Source: Chiloscyllium plagiosum (lineage: Eukaryota). From it: a DNA stretch of 64,000 nucleotides. Positions 52,478 to 63,389 of the stretch are shown one piece after another. Every line of letters begins with the position of its first letter. Position 1 is the stretch's first letter. The notes beneath the pieces were generated by a model. The model saw only the letters and a program-made list of their open reading frames with translations. It was not told where the DNA came from and made no database searches. The position numbers and the translations under genes are program-made. Location: the NCBI RefSeq assembly GCF_004010195.1, contig NC_057718.1:34995376-35059375 (forward strand), in the 5' to 3' direction.

Positions 52478-52737
52478 AAGTGGTTAGCACCGCTGCCTCA
52501 TAGCGCCAGGGACCAGGCAACTGTCTGTGGGGATTTTGCACATTGTCCCCGTGTCTTCTCGGGTTTCCTGCAGGTGGTCCAATTTCCTCCCACAGTCCAA
52601 AGATATGCAGATTAGGTGGATTGGCCATGGGATATGCAGGCTAACAGGGATAGGTGAAAGGGGTTGATCTTGGTGGAATGCTTTTCGGAGGGTTGTTGTA
52701 GACTCAAGGAGCTGAATGGCCTGTTTCCACACTGTAT
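52478..52737 (+). mobile_element. HE1-type SINE, 5'-truncated
   Basis: gtggttagcaccgctgcctca...cacagtccaaagat...ctgtttccacactgta. Confidence 0.85.
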
Positions 52738-52976
52738 ATCTGATTTTGTTTTGGTTGATGATCTTCTTTATTTTAAAACTCATTCAAGATTGCTGCTCGA
52801 ATTCTTTAAGTGGGATGTATCCAGCAAGGGTATGAAAACTCAAACTTCTTTCACACAATGCATACTGACCACAAACAGTAAGAGAACATTTAAATTCTGT
52901 CAGTGACAAAGTGTATTCTGGGTGAGATGGTCTCCAACTGCATTGAAATAAATAAACCAGATGCCTCTTATTTCTG

Positions 52977-53065
52977 TTAAAATATCACAAAACACCGAGT
53001 TATAGTCCAACCTGTATATTTGGAAGCACTAGCTTTCAGAGCGCTGCTCTTTCATAAGGTGATTG
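52977..53065 (-). mobile_element. 89-bp mini-insertion from a different PLE-like repeat family, with hammerhead remnant and 11-bp TSD
   Basis: Minus strand CAC-CUuAUGA-A-AGAGC(AGC)GCUCU-GAAA-GCUA-GUG at 53027-53061; tcttatttctg at 52966-52976 and 53066-53076. Confidence 0.75.
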
Positions 53066-53399
53066 TCTTATTTCTGAAGTGCAAAAATGGTGCAGACAGT
53101 TTAGTAACAGGTATAGCGCACAACAGACCACTAGGAAATCTGGCAACCCAAAACTCATCTCTAAGGTACTAAACAAAATGCAACCTCATTCCCCCGTTGA
53201 TGTCCTGTAGGATAAAATCAATATATGGACATATGAGAAAAAGTGCTTCAGACTTTAACATTGTTAGAACTTGTAGCATGTAGATTGCACTGAAATTGTA
53301 CACTGTGATAAAGATGTGACAGCGGACAAATTACCTTAGATTAGTGGAAATACATTGGAGAAAAAATATATATATATGCCACAATTTTCTCTCAGAAGC

Positions 53400-53760
53400 A
53401 TCACAAATTGGTTAAAAAGTTTGTTTTATAAATAGCGACTCTTGTTTTGAAATGAATTGTAAAGGTTGTTTTATCCACAGTAAAGCATCACAGATATTCA
53501 TGAGGTGAACAGCCAGTTAATCTGCTTTTGGCAAAGCTGTTTGAAGAAGGAATGTTGGCCAGGCATCTGGGAGAACTCTCTGCTCTTCTTCAAATAGGAC
53601 CATGGAATTATTAATAGTCAAATGAACAGATGTCTTTAACTTAATGGTTCATCTGAAGAATACCACCAGGAACATTATTGCATTCCTTCAGTTAGGCACT
53701 GGAGTGTCAGCATATATTACTCAATCATAGAGCAGATTTTAAAGCTATAATCTACTGAGT
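53400..53760 (-). mobile_element. DeuSINE (SacSINE1-like)
   Basis: gttggccaggcatctgggagaactctctgctcttcttcaaatag...ggcactggagtgtcagc. Confidence 0.65.
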
Positions 53761-54001
53761 GACACCTTAATATTACAGACTGTTCATTTTCATAGCTAAT
53801 GTATTAAGAGCAGATGAAATTCTTTTTCCAAAATTTCATAATCTTAAGCGAAATATATTTTTAGTGTTTTATATTTCGTGCCTGGCATTTGTACCTATAG
53901 TTGCTACTTTTTGGAGAAATTGATTTCTTCAGATGTTTTCTATTTATGTATGCATACGATTCAAAAGTTACAACTATTTAATTGGAACACAATAAATACT
54001 G

Positions 54002-54904
54002 GGTCGAGAGTATGGTGCAGGAAAAGCACAGCAGGTCAGGCAGCATCCAAGGAGCAGGAGAATCGATGTTTCAGGCATTAGCCCTTCATCAGGAATGATG
54101 ATGAAGGTAAGGGAGAAGGTGATAGGTCGGAGAGGAGGGTGGAGCAGATTGATGGGAAAGGTGATGGACAGGTGAGGAAGGCGGTGCCGAGTTGGAGGCT
54201 TGGGTGTGGGATAATGTGGGGGGAGGGGGAAATTAGGAAACTGGTGAAATCCATAAAGATCCTGTGTGGTTGCAGGGACTCAAGGCAGAATACGAGGTGT
54301 TCTTCCTCCAGGCATTGGGTGGTCAGGGTTTGGGGATGGAGGAGGCCCAGGACCTGCATGTCCTTGATGGAGTGGACGGGGGGAGTTGAAGTGTTCAGCC
54401 ACAGGGTGGTGGGATTGGTGAGTGCGGGTGTCCCAGAGATGTTCTCTGAAACGATCAGAAAGGAGGCATCCTGTCTCCCCGATGTACAGGAGACCACACT
54501 GGATGCAAGGGATACAGTCGATGACAGTGGTGGAGGTACAGGTAAATTTCTGTTGGATGTGGGAGGATCATTTGGGGCCTTGTATGGAGGTGAGGGGAGT
54601 GGGCACAGGGATTGCACTTTCTGTAGTGGCAAGTAAAGATGCTGGGAGTGGGGTGTGTGCTGATTGGGGGGGGGCAGGTGCATGGATCTGATGAGGGAGT
54701 CACAGAGGGAATGGTCTCTCTGAAACTCTGCTAGGGGTGGGGACAGAAAAATATAACTGGTGAAGGAATATCTCATTCCTGATGAAGGGCTTATGCCCAA
54801 AACATCGATTCTCCTGTTCCTCGGATACTGCCTGACTTGCTGTGCTTTTCCAGCACCACACTCTCGACTCTGATCTCCAGCATCTGCAGTCCTCATTTTC
54901 TGCT
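54002..54904 (-). mobile_element. Penelope-like element: decayed GIY-YIG region between inverted pLTRs, 15-bp TSD
   Basis: Minus-strand relics LLYIGETG..L.DRFREH and CLEEEHLVFCLESLQP; pLTRs at 54002-54097 and 54770-54904 in opposite orientation; acacaataaatactg at 53987-54001 and 54905-54919. Confidence 0.9.
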
Positions 54905-54943
54905 ACACAATAAATACTGACATATCCACAGAGGTGAACTTCA

Positions 54944-55330
54944 CTGTACATATATGTAGTAAGATCAGATCTACATTTAGGTGAGTGAACACTAACTGGG
55001 CTTTATTCAATGTAAAGTTCCACACAGAGATGATCCCGTTGGTCTTTTTGCCCTCCTGATTTCGCTCTTAAGTATACTCCTTCTGCCCTTATACTCTTCT
55101 AGGAATTTGCACAATCCCAGTTGTCTGTACCCGATATATATCTCATTCCTTTTCTTGACCAGAGCCTCAATTTCTCCAATCTCCAGTATTCCATACACCT
55201 ACCAGCCTTGCCTTTCACACTAACAGGTACATACTGTCTCTGAACTCTTGTTATCATTGTTATATTGAATAAAGCCAGTTAGTGTTCACTCACTTGAATA
55301 TAGAGCTGATCTTGCTACAAATGTGTACAG
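54944..55330. repeat. ~70-bp imperfect inverted repeat enclosing a minus-strand CR1 fragment (55025-55255)
   Basis: 54944-55014 versus the reverse complement of 55261-55330; core gtgagtgaacactaactgg..ctttattcaat. Confidence 0.85.
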
Positions 55331-55332
55331 AG

Positions 55333-56081
55333 CATTTGGAAAGGCAAGGATTAATTATGGATAGTCAACATGGCTTTGTGCATGGGAAATCATAGAACAG
55401 AATCATAGAATCCCTATGTCGTGGAAGCAGGCCATTCAGCCCATCAAGTCTGAAGAGCATCCACCCAGCTCCAGCCCCCTACCCTATACGTGTAACCCAA
55501 TTTTTCCGATGGTTAATTCACCTCGTCTGCACATTCCCGGACATTATGGTCAATTTAGCATGGCCAATCCACCTAAAATGCACATCTTTGGACTGTGGGA
55601 GAAACCTGAGCACCCGGAGGAAACTGGGATATTAGTGGGACCGGAGGGTTTGACTTATAGGGAGGGGCTGAAAAGGCTGGACATTTTCCCCTGGGGTGGT
55701 GGAGGTTGAAGAGTGACCTTACAGAGGTTTATAAAATCTTGAGAAACATGGATAGGATAAATAGACAAGGGCTTTTTCTGAGGAAGGAGGGTGTCCAAAA
55801 GTAGAGGACATAGATTTAAGCGAGAAGTTAAAGATTTAAAAAGGACCTGAGGGGTAACCTTTTCATACACAGGGTGGTGCGTGTATGGAATGAGCTACAA
55901 AAGGAAGTGGTGGAGGCTGGTACAATTACAACATTTAAAAAGATGAATATATGGGTAGAAAGGGTTTAGAGGGATATGGGCCAAATGCTGGCAAATGGGA
56001 TTAGGTCAGATTGGGATGTTTGGTCGTCACGGACGAGTTGACCAAAGGGTCCGTTTCTGTGTTATGTGACTCTATGATTCT
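55333..56081 (+). mobile_element. CR1 fragments (RT piece and 3' end) with a nested minus-strand HE1 SINE (~55390-55625)
   Basis: gatagtcaacatggctttgtg..gggaaatc; CR1 3' end with tail tgactctatgattct. Confidence 0.85.
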
Positions 56082-56581
56082 ACAAATGTATGTGATGGTA
56101 AGAGAAGGCATTTTCTGGAGCCCTCAAGTCCTAGTTTCATTTGGTCTGACATCACTATAGCATGCCTCCTTACACTCATGCTCAACAATTATTTTTCAAG
56201 GAAAGGTATAATTAAGATTTTACTCCACATCTCACCCAAGTTCTTTCTCAGCCCTTCTATTAACCATTGACACTGAACTCTGACTGTCACTCCTCTAATC
56301 CCCTGTCCCACAATTCTCTTTCACTTGAGGCATTTAATGATACTCTCAGCTGGTTTGGAGGATGTGTACAATGTCTGCACTCTTTCAATATTGTTGAGAA
56401 GGAGAATACAGTGGTGGAGTTGAATGATAGCTCCTTTCATCGTTGGTCTCTGGCTGTACAACAGTGAAGACTAATCAAGGAAAAACTGGCCAAGAAGAAA
56501 ACCTCAGGTACATGAACTATCACAACCTCTTGCTGTACCTGCCACACAATGTGTTTAATTTTTTATATTCAGCAAAAGAAC

Positions 56582-57323
56582 TGTGAGTTGACTCTTATAA
56601 ACAATAATATTCGTTTACTGAACACAATTAATATCAGAACAATCAAGTATTCTATAACCTAATGATAAATACTACAAACTATCTTATACTTTAACTTAAC
56701 TTTCTGTGATCATACACCACCACACTGGAACTTGGCCAGGCTCCCCAAGTGGTGATGTCTTCTTCTCCTTCCAATGGTCTTAGAGGTGTTTTCTCTTTCA
56801 GTTATTCTCAAGTTACTGCCCTAAATGGGGTCTTGCAGCAATTCTTATCCTTCTGGGTTTTCGTGCCCTTTTGGGAGGGTCTTGAGGATCTGCCAATGGT
56901 TTGATCAGGTTCGATTACCCTGATCGATCAGATCAACCTGGTACATTGATGGCAGGGTGGCACTTAAGTGTCCATTATGACCGGTGCTTGGTGCATGTAA
57001 CCTCGTCCAAATAAGAGTGCAAGGCGCTTCCATCTCTAGCAAATGACTCGATGTTCAGGATTGTCCGGAGGTTGACGTTCCATTGCCCCATTCAAGTCTA
57101 ACTTCAGGTGTGTAAGGCAGGGTCTGTAGCTGTCAGGTTTGTTTTCAAACTGTCTGTGGGTAGTTGCAGGTTGTCTGGATTCTGCAGCATGTAGATTAGC
57201 ACAGTCACTTTGGTCAAGGCTGGGTTCTATTTCCCAGCATGCTTTAATCATTGTCCATCTTTTGTAATTCCATGCTAAGTTTATTATTGTCCATCATTAT
57301 TTCCGGTGGCCCGTCTGGCCACA
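56582..57323 (-). mobile_element. Possible solo LTR (~740 bp)
   Basis: TGTG...CACA termini, non-coding, more CpG than its flanks; no TSD found. Confidence 0.4.
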
Positions 57324-57537
57324 CTCTGAAAAAGGAATGTAACAAACTGGAAATCCCCCTCTCATGTCTGTTTGTGGTGTGCTCTGAAGCAGTGAGAAAT
57401 CTGATCAATGAGAAGAATGTTCAATGCCTTCTCCATCAATGCACAATGTGTGCCATCCACAAGATACACTGCGAAGCCTGGAAGGACAGGGCAGCAGATG
57501 ATAGGAATGTCATGACCTGCAAGTTCCTCTGCCAGTC

Positions 57538-59045
57538 AGCAAAGAGGAAACTCAGTTGAAGGTAAAAGATTTGTCAATTTTCAAAGCCAGGTATGATGAA
57601 CAGGAGTAGATGGTAGATGCCCTCAAAGTATCTTAGCATCTTACCATATAGAATCAGCCCTTTGAACTATTGAGTCTGTACCACCAAAAATACATACTTC
57701 CTACTTTCCGGCACTAGACCCATGAATAGCCTTAAAAGTTATGACACTTTGAAGGTTGTGAGGTTTCTCGCCTCAGCTACTATCCCAGGCAGTGCATTCC
57801 GGATTCCCACAGCCCTCTGGCTGTAGTACAAAGAATGCAAGCAAGTCTTCCACATTTTCTAAAGCCACCAAAGTGGCCACAATATCAGAAATAGTTCAGA
57901 TGATGGAGGTGGAAAGGAACTTGCAATCATGCTTAAAAGAGGTCTCAGGGTACGACACAGATTCATAGACATAGTGGATGGCATCCCACCTTTAATAACA
58001 AAACTCAGCTTTATGCATTTTTACAACCATGTGCAAACAATATCAAAATAAATGTGATATATTCAGAGAAAAACTTCAATTCTTAGAAACAGCCCATCAA
58101 GAGCTAGTCTAACAATTGCAAGTAGCTAATCAAAACCTATCCAGGGAAAAGGATAAGACCAAGTTGAACCACGCTAACATTGAACATTCAGAAATTATTC
58201 ATCTGCATAACTGGCAGCTGGAGTGTACATGGAAACACTCAAAAGCTTTCTCACTAAACAGAGGCCCAAACTCGAAAACTTCTAGAGCTGACAAGACTTG
58301 GAAAGCTTGAAGAAGCTTCAAATCAAGCAGAGAAAGAGTGTGATCATATTAAAAGTGAACATGATTGGAGTAAGCTAATTATCTTAAGGAGACTGCTGAA
58401 GCAAAAGGCCAGCTACTGTCGGTCACACAACACTAACAAATCTTGGAGACCAAGGAAGAAAAGATTACAGTAAATTTCTACAAATCCCTTACAGATATAG
58501 CCAATGTCCTTATGCAATTGACATAACAAAGAGATTCCTTGATTGGGGTGAAAGACTTGTTTTACTGGAATATTCAAGAGTTTGGAGATCATTGTGAATA
58601 CTTAATGATGAGAACATTTTGCTGCAATCAATGAATGTTGATCTTTTGTTTGAAAAGTAAATGCGAGGAAGAGGGAAAATAAGCACGTGTTTGTTTCAGT
58701 TTTCAGACTGTCTTGGAAAATCAAGCCCTTGTTAAAGATAGAGATCACCTGCAGAATGATGACGATATTTTGATGAAAGGGTTAGAAAGAAATTGGAATG
58801 AAAATGTAAAACTTAAGCCCTCAACATCTTGGGAGTACAAATAGTTAGCAGAGATTAAGTCTTGTAGATCTTCTGAACTTCCTGCTGATCTCAAATTTTC
58901 TGTTCAACCTGCAGACCATGGTGCTATGCAAGAACTTCTTATAGATTCTGGTCTAGAAGTCTACTTCGTTGTTGATGGTGATGCACTTCTACTTTCTGAC
59001 TGGGGTTCTGGAGATGTTCTTGTTTGCAAAGAGGACTCAAGCTGA
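57538..59045 (+). pseudogene. Decayed intronless coiled-coil protein reading frame of unknown origin
   Basis: Colinear E/K/Q/L-rich peptides with scattered stops and frameshifts: KEETQLKVKDL, CKQYQNKCDIFREKLQFLETAHQEL, KLEEASNQAEKECDHIKSE, LENQALVKDRDHLQND; a CR1 3' fragment interrupts at ~57640-57820. Confidence 0.55.
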
Positions 59046-59589
59046 AACAAGTACAGTCTTGATACCACTACCTATAGAAGGTGAAATGTCTACACAAGGA
59101 GTAGGAGGGAAGACTTCATTCTCTCATCTCCGGAATTATTTTCCTTTTAAAATTTTCATTAAAGGGAATAAGGGCATCTCTGGTTAGGCCAGTATTTATT
59201 GACCTACCATAATTGCTGTAACAAATATGTTGGTGGGTTGCTTTCTGAAGACAATGATGGTGCCACACATTGGCTGCCCTTGTTCTTCCAGCTGGTAGAG
59301 GACATGAGTTTTGAAATAAGTCCACAATGACATTCAAACCTACTTTCTGGGTTTGATATAATTTTGGATCAATCTTTTAGGAAGTTAATAGGGTTTAGGC
59401 TGAAGATCAGATTGCGAAGAAACAACGTAACTACCAAGTCATGCAGTTTTGTTAATTATCTCTTACATTAGAGACCCCACAATCCTAATGGATGTGGATG
59501 AATGGATCAATTTTCCAGATCTGTGGAGCCTACTGACACCTGAACAGAAAGCTGGAAAGTGTATGGAAACTCATATAACCGAAGCCTAG

Positions 59590-59870
59590 ATGTAGGAAGG
59601 ATATTCTCAATGACTGGGCATGAGGAGCAATCTCATCACCCAGAGATTGCAAAGTCTGTGGAATTTTCTGCTATGGGAAACTGTTGAGGCCAAAACACTG
59701 ACGACTTTCAAGAAAGATTTAGATATAGTTCTGAGAGCTAAACAGATCAAATGGTATGGGGAGAAAGAGGAACAGGGAACTGAGCTGGATGATCAGCCAT
59801 GATCAAATTAAATGGCAGAGTAGACTTGATGGTAGAATAGCCTACTATTGCTCCTACATTCATGTTTATT
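59590..59870 (+). mobile_element. Decayed CR1 3' end
   Basis: TQRLQSLWNFL..ETVEAKTLTTFKKDLD; gatcagccatgatc. Confidence 0.7.
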
Positions 59871-60019
59871 TCCTTCTATGTTTCTTTCTGCATTTTTATT
59901 TCTTAACGATAAGTGCATTGATTTATGGTAAAGCCAACTCCTTGTGTTTTCAGTAGGAGCATACAATACAATCCCTCAACCCAAATTTGAAAATACCTCC
60001 CTATTTCTCCCTTTTTTTT

Positions 60020-60122
60020 AGCTTTGACAAAGGGTCAGTTAGACTCGAAACGTCGGCTCTTTTCTCTCCTTACAGATGCTGCCAGACCTGCTGAGATTTT
60101 CCAGCATTTTCTCTTTTGGGTT
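60020..60122 (+). mobile_element. Penelope pLTR fragment, same family as 508-649
   Basis: agct-ttgacaa-a-gggtc(agtta)gactc-gaaa-cgtc-ggct; near-identical to 549-650. Confidence 0.85.
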
Positions 60123-61764
60123 GAAAGGGTATTTTTGATCTTAGAGATTAAATAAGTAATAAACTTTTAAAAAACAGCTGTAAATAGAAGTCATAGAATA
60201 AGATGACCGTTTTTGCTGATGCTTTTTTTTCTAAGATTTCTACTTTCTGAATCCGCTTCCTGCCTTTGTGATCAGACTTTGTGATCATCATTTTAATATT
60301 TCTTGGTGAAGCAATTCAAGCCACATCAATTGCCTGAGTGACCATCTCTTCCGTCAGAGGAAATGTATTTGAGATTGCATGTTCTGTTTACCTTGTAGAT
60401 GTATTGTTCTTGTGAGATCCACCTCCTGATGATTGATTTCCCCAGGGAAGCCTTCACAGATTTATGTCAAACTGTCCAGCTTGTTTAAGCTTTGGACCTT
60501 TACATCTTTTGATTATTCCAATTCACCTCAGTTAATAGATGTCAGGTCAGTCAATCAGCAATTCGCCGACATATACTGCAGACAACAGAGGGATTGTCAC
60601 CAATAGTAAAATATTTTCTCATCACTTTCCCATGGAAAGCTTCCCTCTGTAAAAGTCACCGTGTTTTAATTTTGTGTGGCAGGTCTTCTTAAAGTAAAGG
60701 ATACCATCGATACTGCACACATGTGCTGTCTTTCCTGAATATAATGATCTTTTTAAATAGAAACATAATGAGCAATTAGGGTATCATCATTCACATCAAA
60801 TAAAGCAGGAGACCTGCTCAGAGTTATAGTACTCCTTTTGTGGCAATCCATCGTATCATCACTACTTGAAGGAGGGAAGGTTCCAGACTATTTGTGGACA
60901 TTTTCTTTAACATTAGTTCATAACCTGGCTGAGGCTGTGAAGAATTTGAGATGAATTCAATGGGTCACCAATAGCCAACAATATGATTCTCAATATCAAG
61001 AACCTTTAAGGTCCATGCAAGCTTGTATGAACAGAGGGAAGGCCAGTTAGCTCAGATGGTTAACTGTGGTGCTTATGATAACATTCTCAGGGGTTCGTTT
61101 CCTGTACTGGCTAATGTACTGTTCTTCCAGCAAATGCACAACTCTTCCATTTAAGGAGAGATGGTTGTAATATCACTGGTCAGATACCTATAGTCATGGC
61201 TGAGTGTTAAAGTGATGGATTTGAAATCCGTTAAGGTTTCCCATGTGATTTTAAGCCCTGCGTCCACATCTCTTGATATTTCTGATCCAGTCAAATCTAA
61301 TATTGGGTGTGGCATTACCCCAAACCCTGGGGGGAAAAAAAATACACACTACTAATTTAGCCTTGGAATTTTTCTCCAACTCTGAAGGCAATCAAGAAAC
61401 TTAAAGGAGACTGTGGTAACTAATGAGTATTGTCAATCTCACTTACCCTGCATTCTGTCAAAGATCACTCCAAGCGCATGAGAAACACAGCCCCAGAGTA
61501 GGATATTGACCTGGTCTCTGATGGTAACATTAGTTGCAGCCAAACAGTCATGCAGAAATAGACAACAGATTCAGATAAATGCCAATTCAGATAAATAACA
61601 TTTCTCAAGACAGTGAGTCAGTATTTCTTTCTGCTTTCTGTACTGTGTCAACAACCGTGGAAGGTTCTTATTTATTCTACCGTGACCTTCTTCTACCCTG
61701 TCAGAAATTAACTCTTGGACAAAGCTGAAGTGAAATGCAATAATTGCACTTTTCTCATTTGCAG

Positions 61765-62760
61765 AGACCCTGGAAACATCCCAATTGAAGTATTGAAGTC
61801 TTGTGCTCCAGAATCAGCCAAGAACTTAGTAATATAATAGGTTAAGAGCTATTATGCGAATTGTTAGAGTGCATTATCCATGATATCAGGCTATGGCAGA
61901 TCACATGTAGCTAGAAATAAAGATTCTGATAAAGTTCTGCAAGAGTCTACCTTGTGAATAGAATAAATAGTCAATAAATGTTTATTAGTTTGTAACAGCA
62001 TTGTTTCCAACTCTCTTTGACCAAAGACAAGCACACCCCCAGTCATGGTACTAATGGATGGTCGAACAGTTCCAGCACTGCTACAACACTGGCATCTGCC
62101 CAACATTGTGAATAATTAATCATGTGTGTCCAGTCCTCAAAAAGCAGGAGAAAATCAACCAGGCTGATACCCATACATCTACTCTCCATCATCAGCATAG
62201 TGCTGGAAGGAGTCATCAACAGGGCTTTCAAGTACCACTTACTCAGTAGCTACCCACTCACCATTGCTCAGTTTGGGTTCTTGACCACATATAACATTGC
62301 ATCAAGCATGATAAAAGAGCCCAGTTCCAGACCTGATGTGAGAGTGGGTGCCCTTAACATCAACTTCCCCTTAGCCAAGTGTGCTAGTAAGGAGCATGTG
62401 CAAAATTGATGCCAAAGTGTAAGGGATGAATGGAGTAGAGGTTGGGTGGCAAACAATTCTTCATATATTGGCAGAAGACCTAGCACAAAGGGAAATGACT
62501 ATGGTTTTTGGAGGCCAATCTCCTTAGCATCAGGATATTTCATCAATTACCTTTCCTCCAAAGTAAGGGCAGAAGGTGATGTTTCTTAATTATTACATAT
62601 CGTTCAACTATATTTGCAAAGGCTTTTGAGATACACATATGCAACAAGACCAGGACAACAGCCAGGCTTGAGTTGTTAAGTGGCAAGTAACATTCTTGTC
62701 GCACACTAGTGTTAGGCAATGAACATTTCCAACAAGTCAGAGTCCCTAACCACCTCTCAA
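61765..62760 (+). mobile_element. Old CR1/L2-group LINE RT fragments
   Basis: LKSCAPE; PIHLLSIISIVLEGVIN...LLS...AQFGF. Confidence 0.7.
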
Positions 62761-62984
62761 ACATTTGAATATACGAATTAAGAGCTAAAAGGACTCCCAT
62801 CTATCCAAGCTTTCCTCAGAAGACAATCCACTCATTGCAGATAACAATCTAGTGAACCTCATCCAAACCATCTGCAATACTTTTATCTCCTTCCTTCAAT
62901 AATGAGACCAAAACTGCATACACAGTATTTGAGATGTGATCTCTTCAATACACTGTTCATAAAATAACCATTATATAGTAGCAA

Positions 62985-63320
62985 AGTTGTCCCCACCGCT
63001 ACTGTACCCCAGTGTAATACACTGACAGACCCGTGTTATAAAGTGAGAAACTTATTCACACCAGTACTGTACCCTATTATAATACAGTAACAGGCCTGTC
63101 CCCACTAGGACTGAACTCAAGTGTTATACACAGACAGATGTGTCTCCTGCAGTTATATAAAGCAATGTTATATAGTGACAGACCTGTCCAGACATGCAAT
63201 GTACCCCAGTGTTATACAGTGACAGACCTCTCCCTGTCAGAACATCATTCTAGTGTTGTACAGAGACAGAAGTGTCCCCACCAGTACTATACACTAATGT
63301 ACTGTACACTAACTGAAGCA
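62985..63320. repeat. Degenerate minisatellite, ~44-bp unit
   Basis: Recurring gtccccaccagtactgtaccccagtgttatacagtgacagacc. Confidence 0.8.
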
Positions 63321-63389
63321 TAACCCAGCATCCTGGGTCACTTTTATCTTGTCCCAGTACTGGTGCATCACCCTGGAACTCCAGATAGT

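Noticed and set aside
54078..54896. 272-aa minus-strand ORF
   Set aside because: Mostly off-frame read-through of a PLE and its inverted pLTR; not a host gene.
62985..63320. CRISPR-like periodicity
   Set aside because: Head-to-tail degenerate units without spacers, in a vertebrate context with no cas genes.
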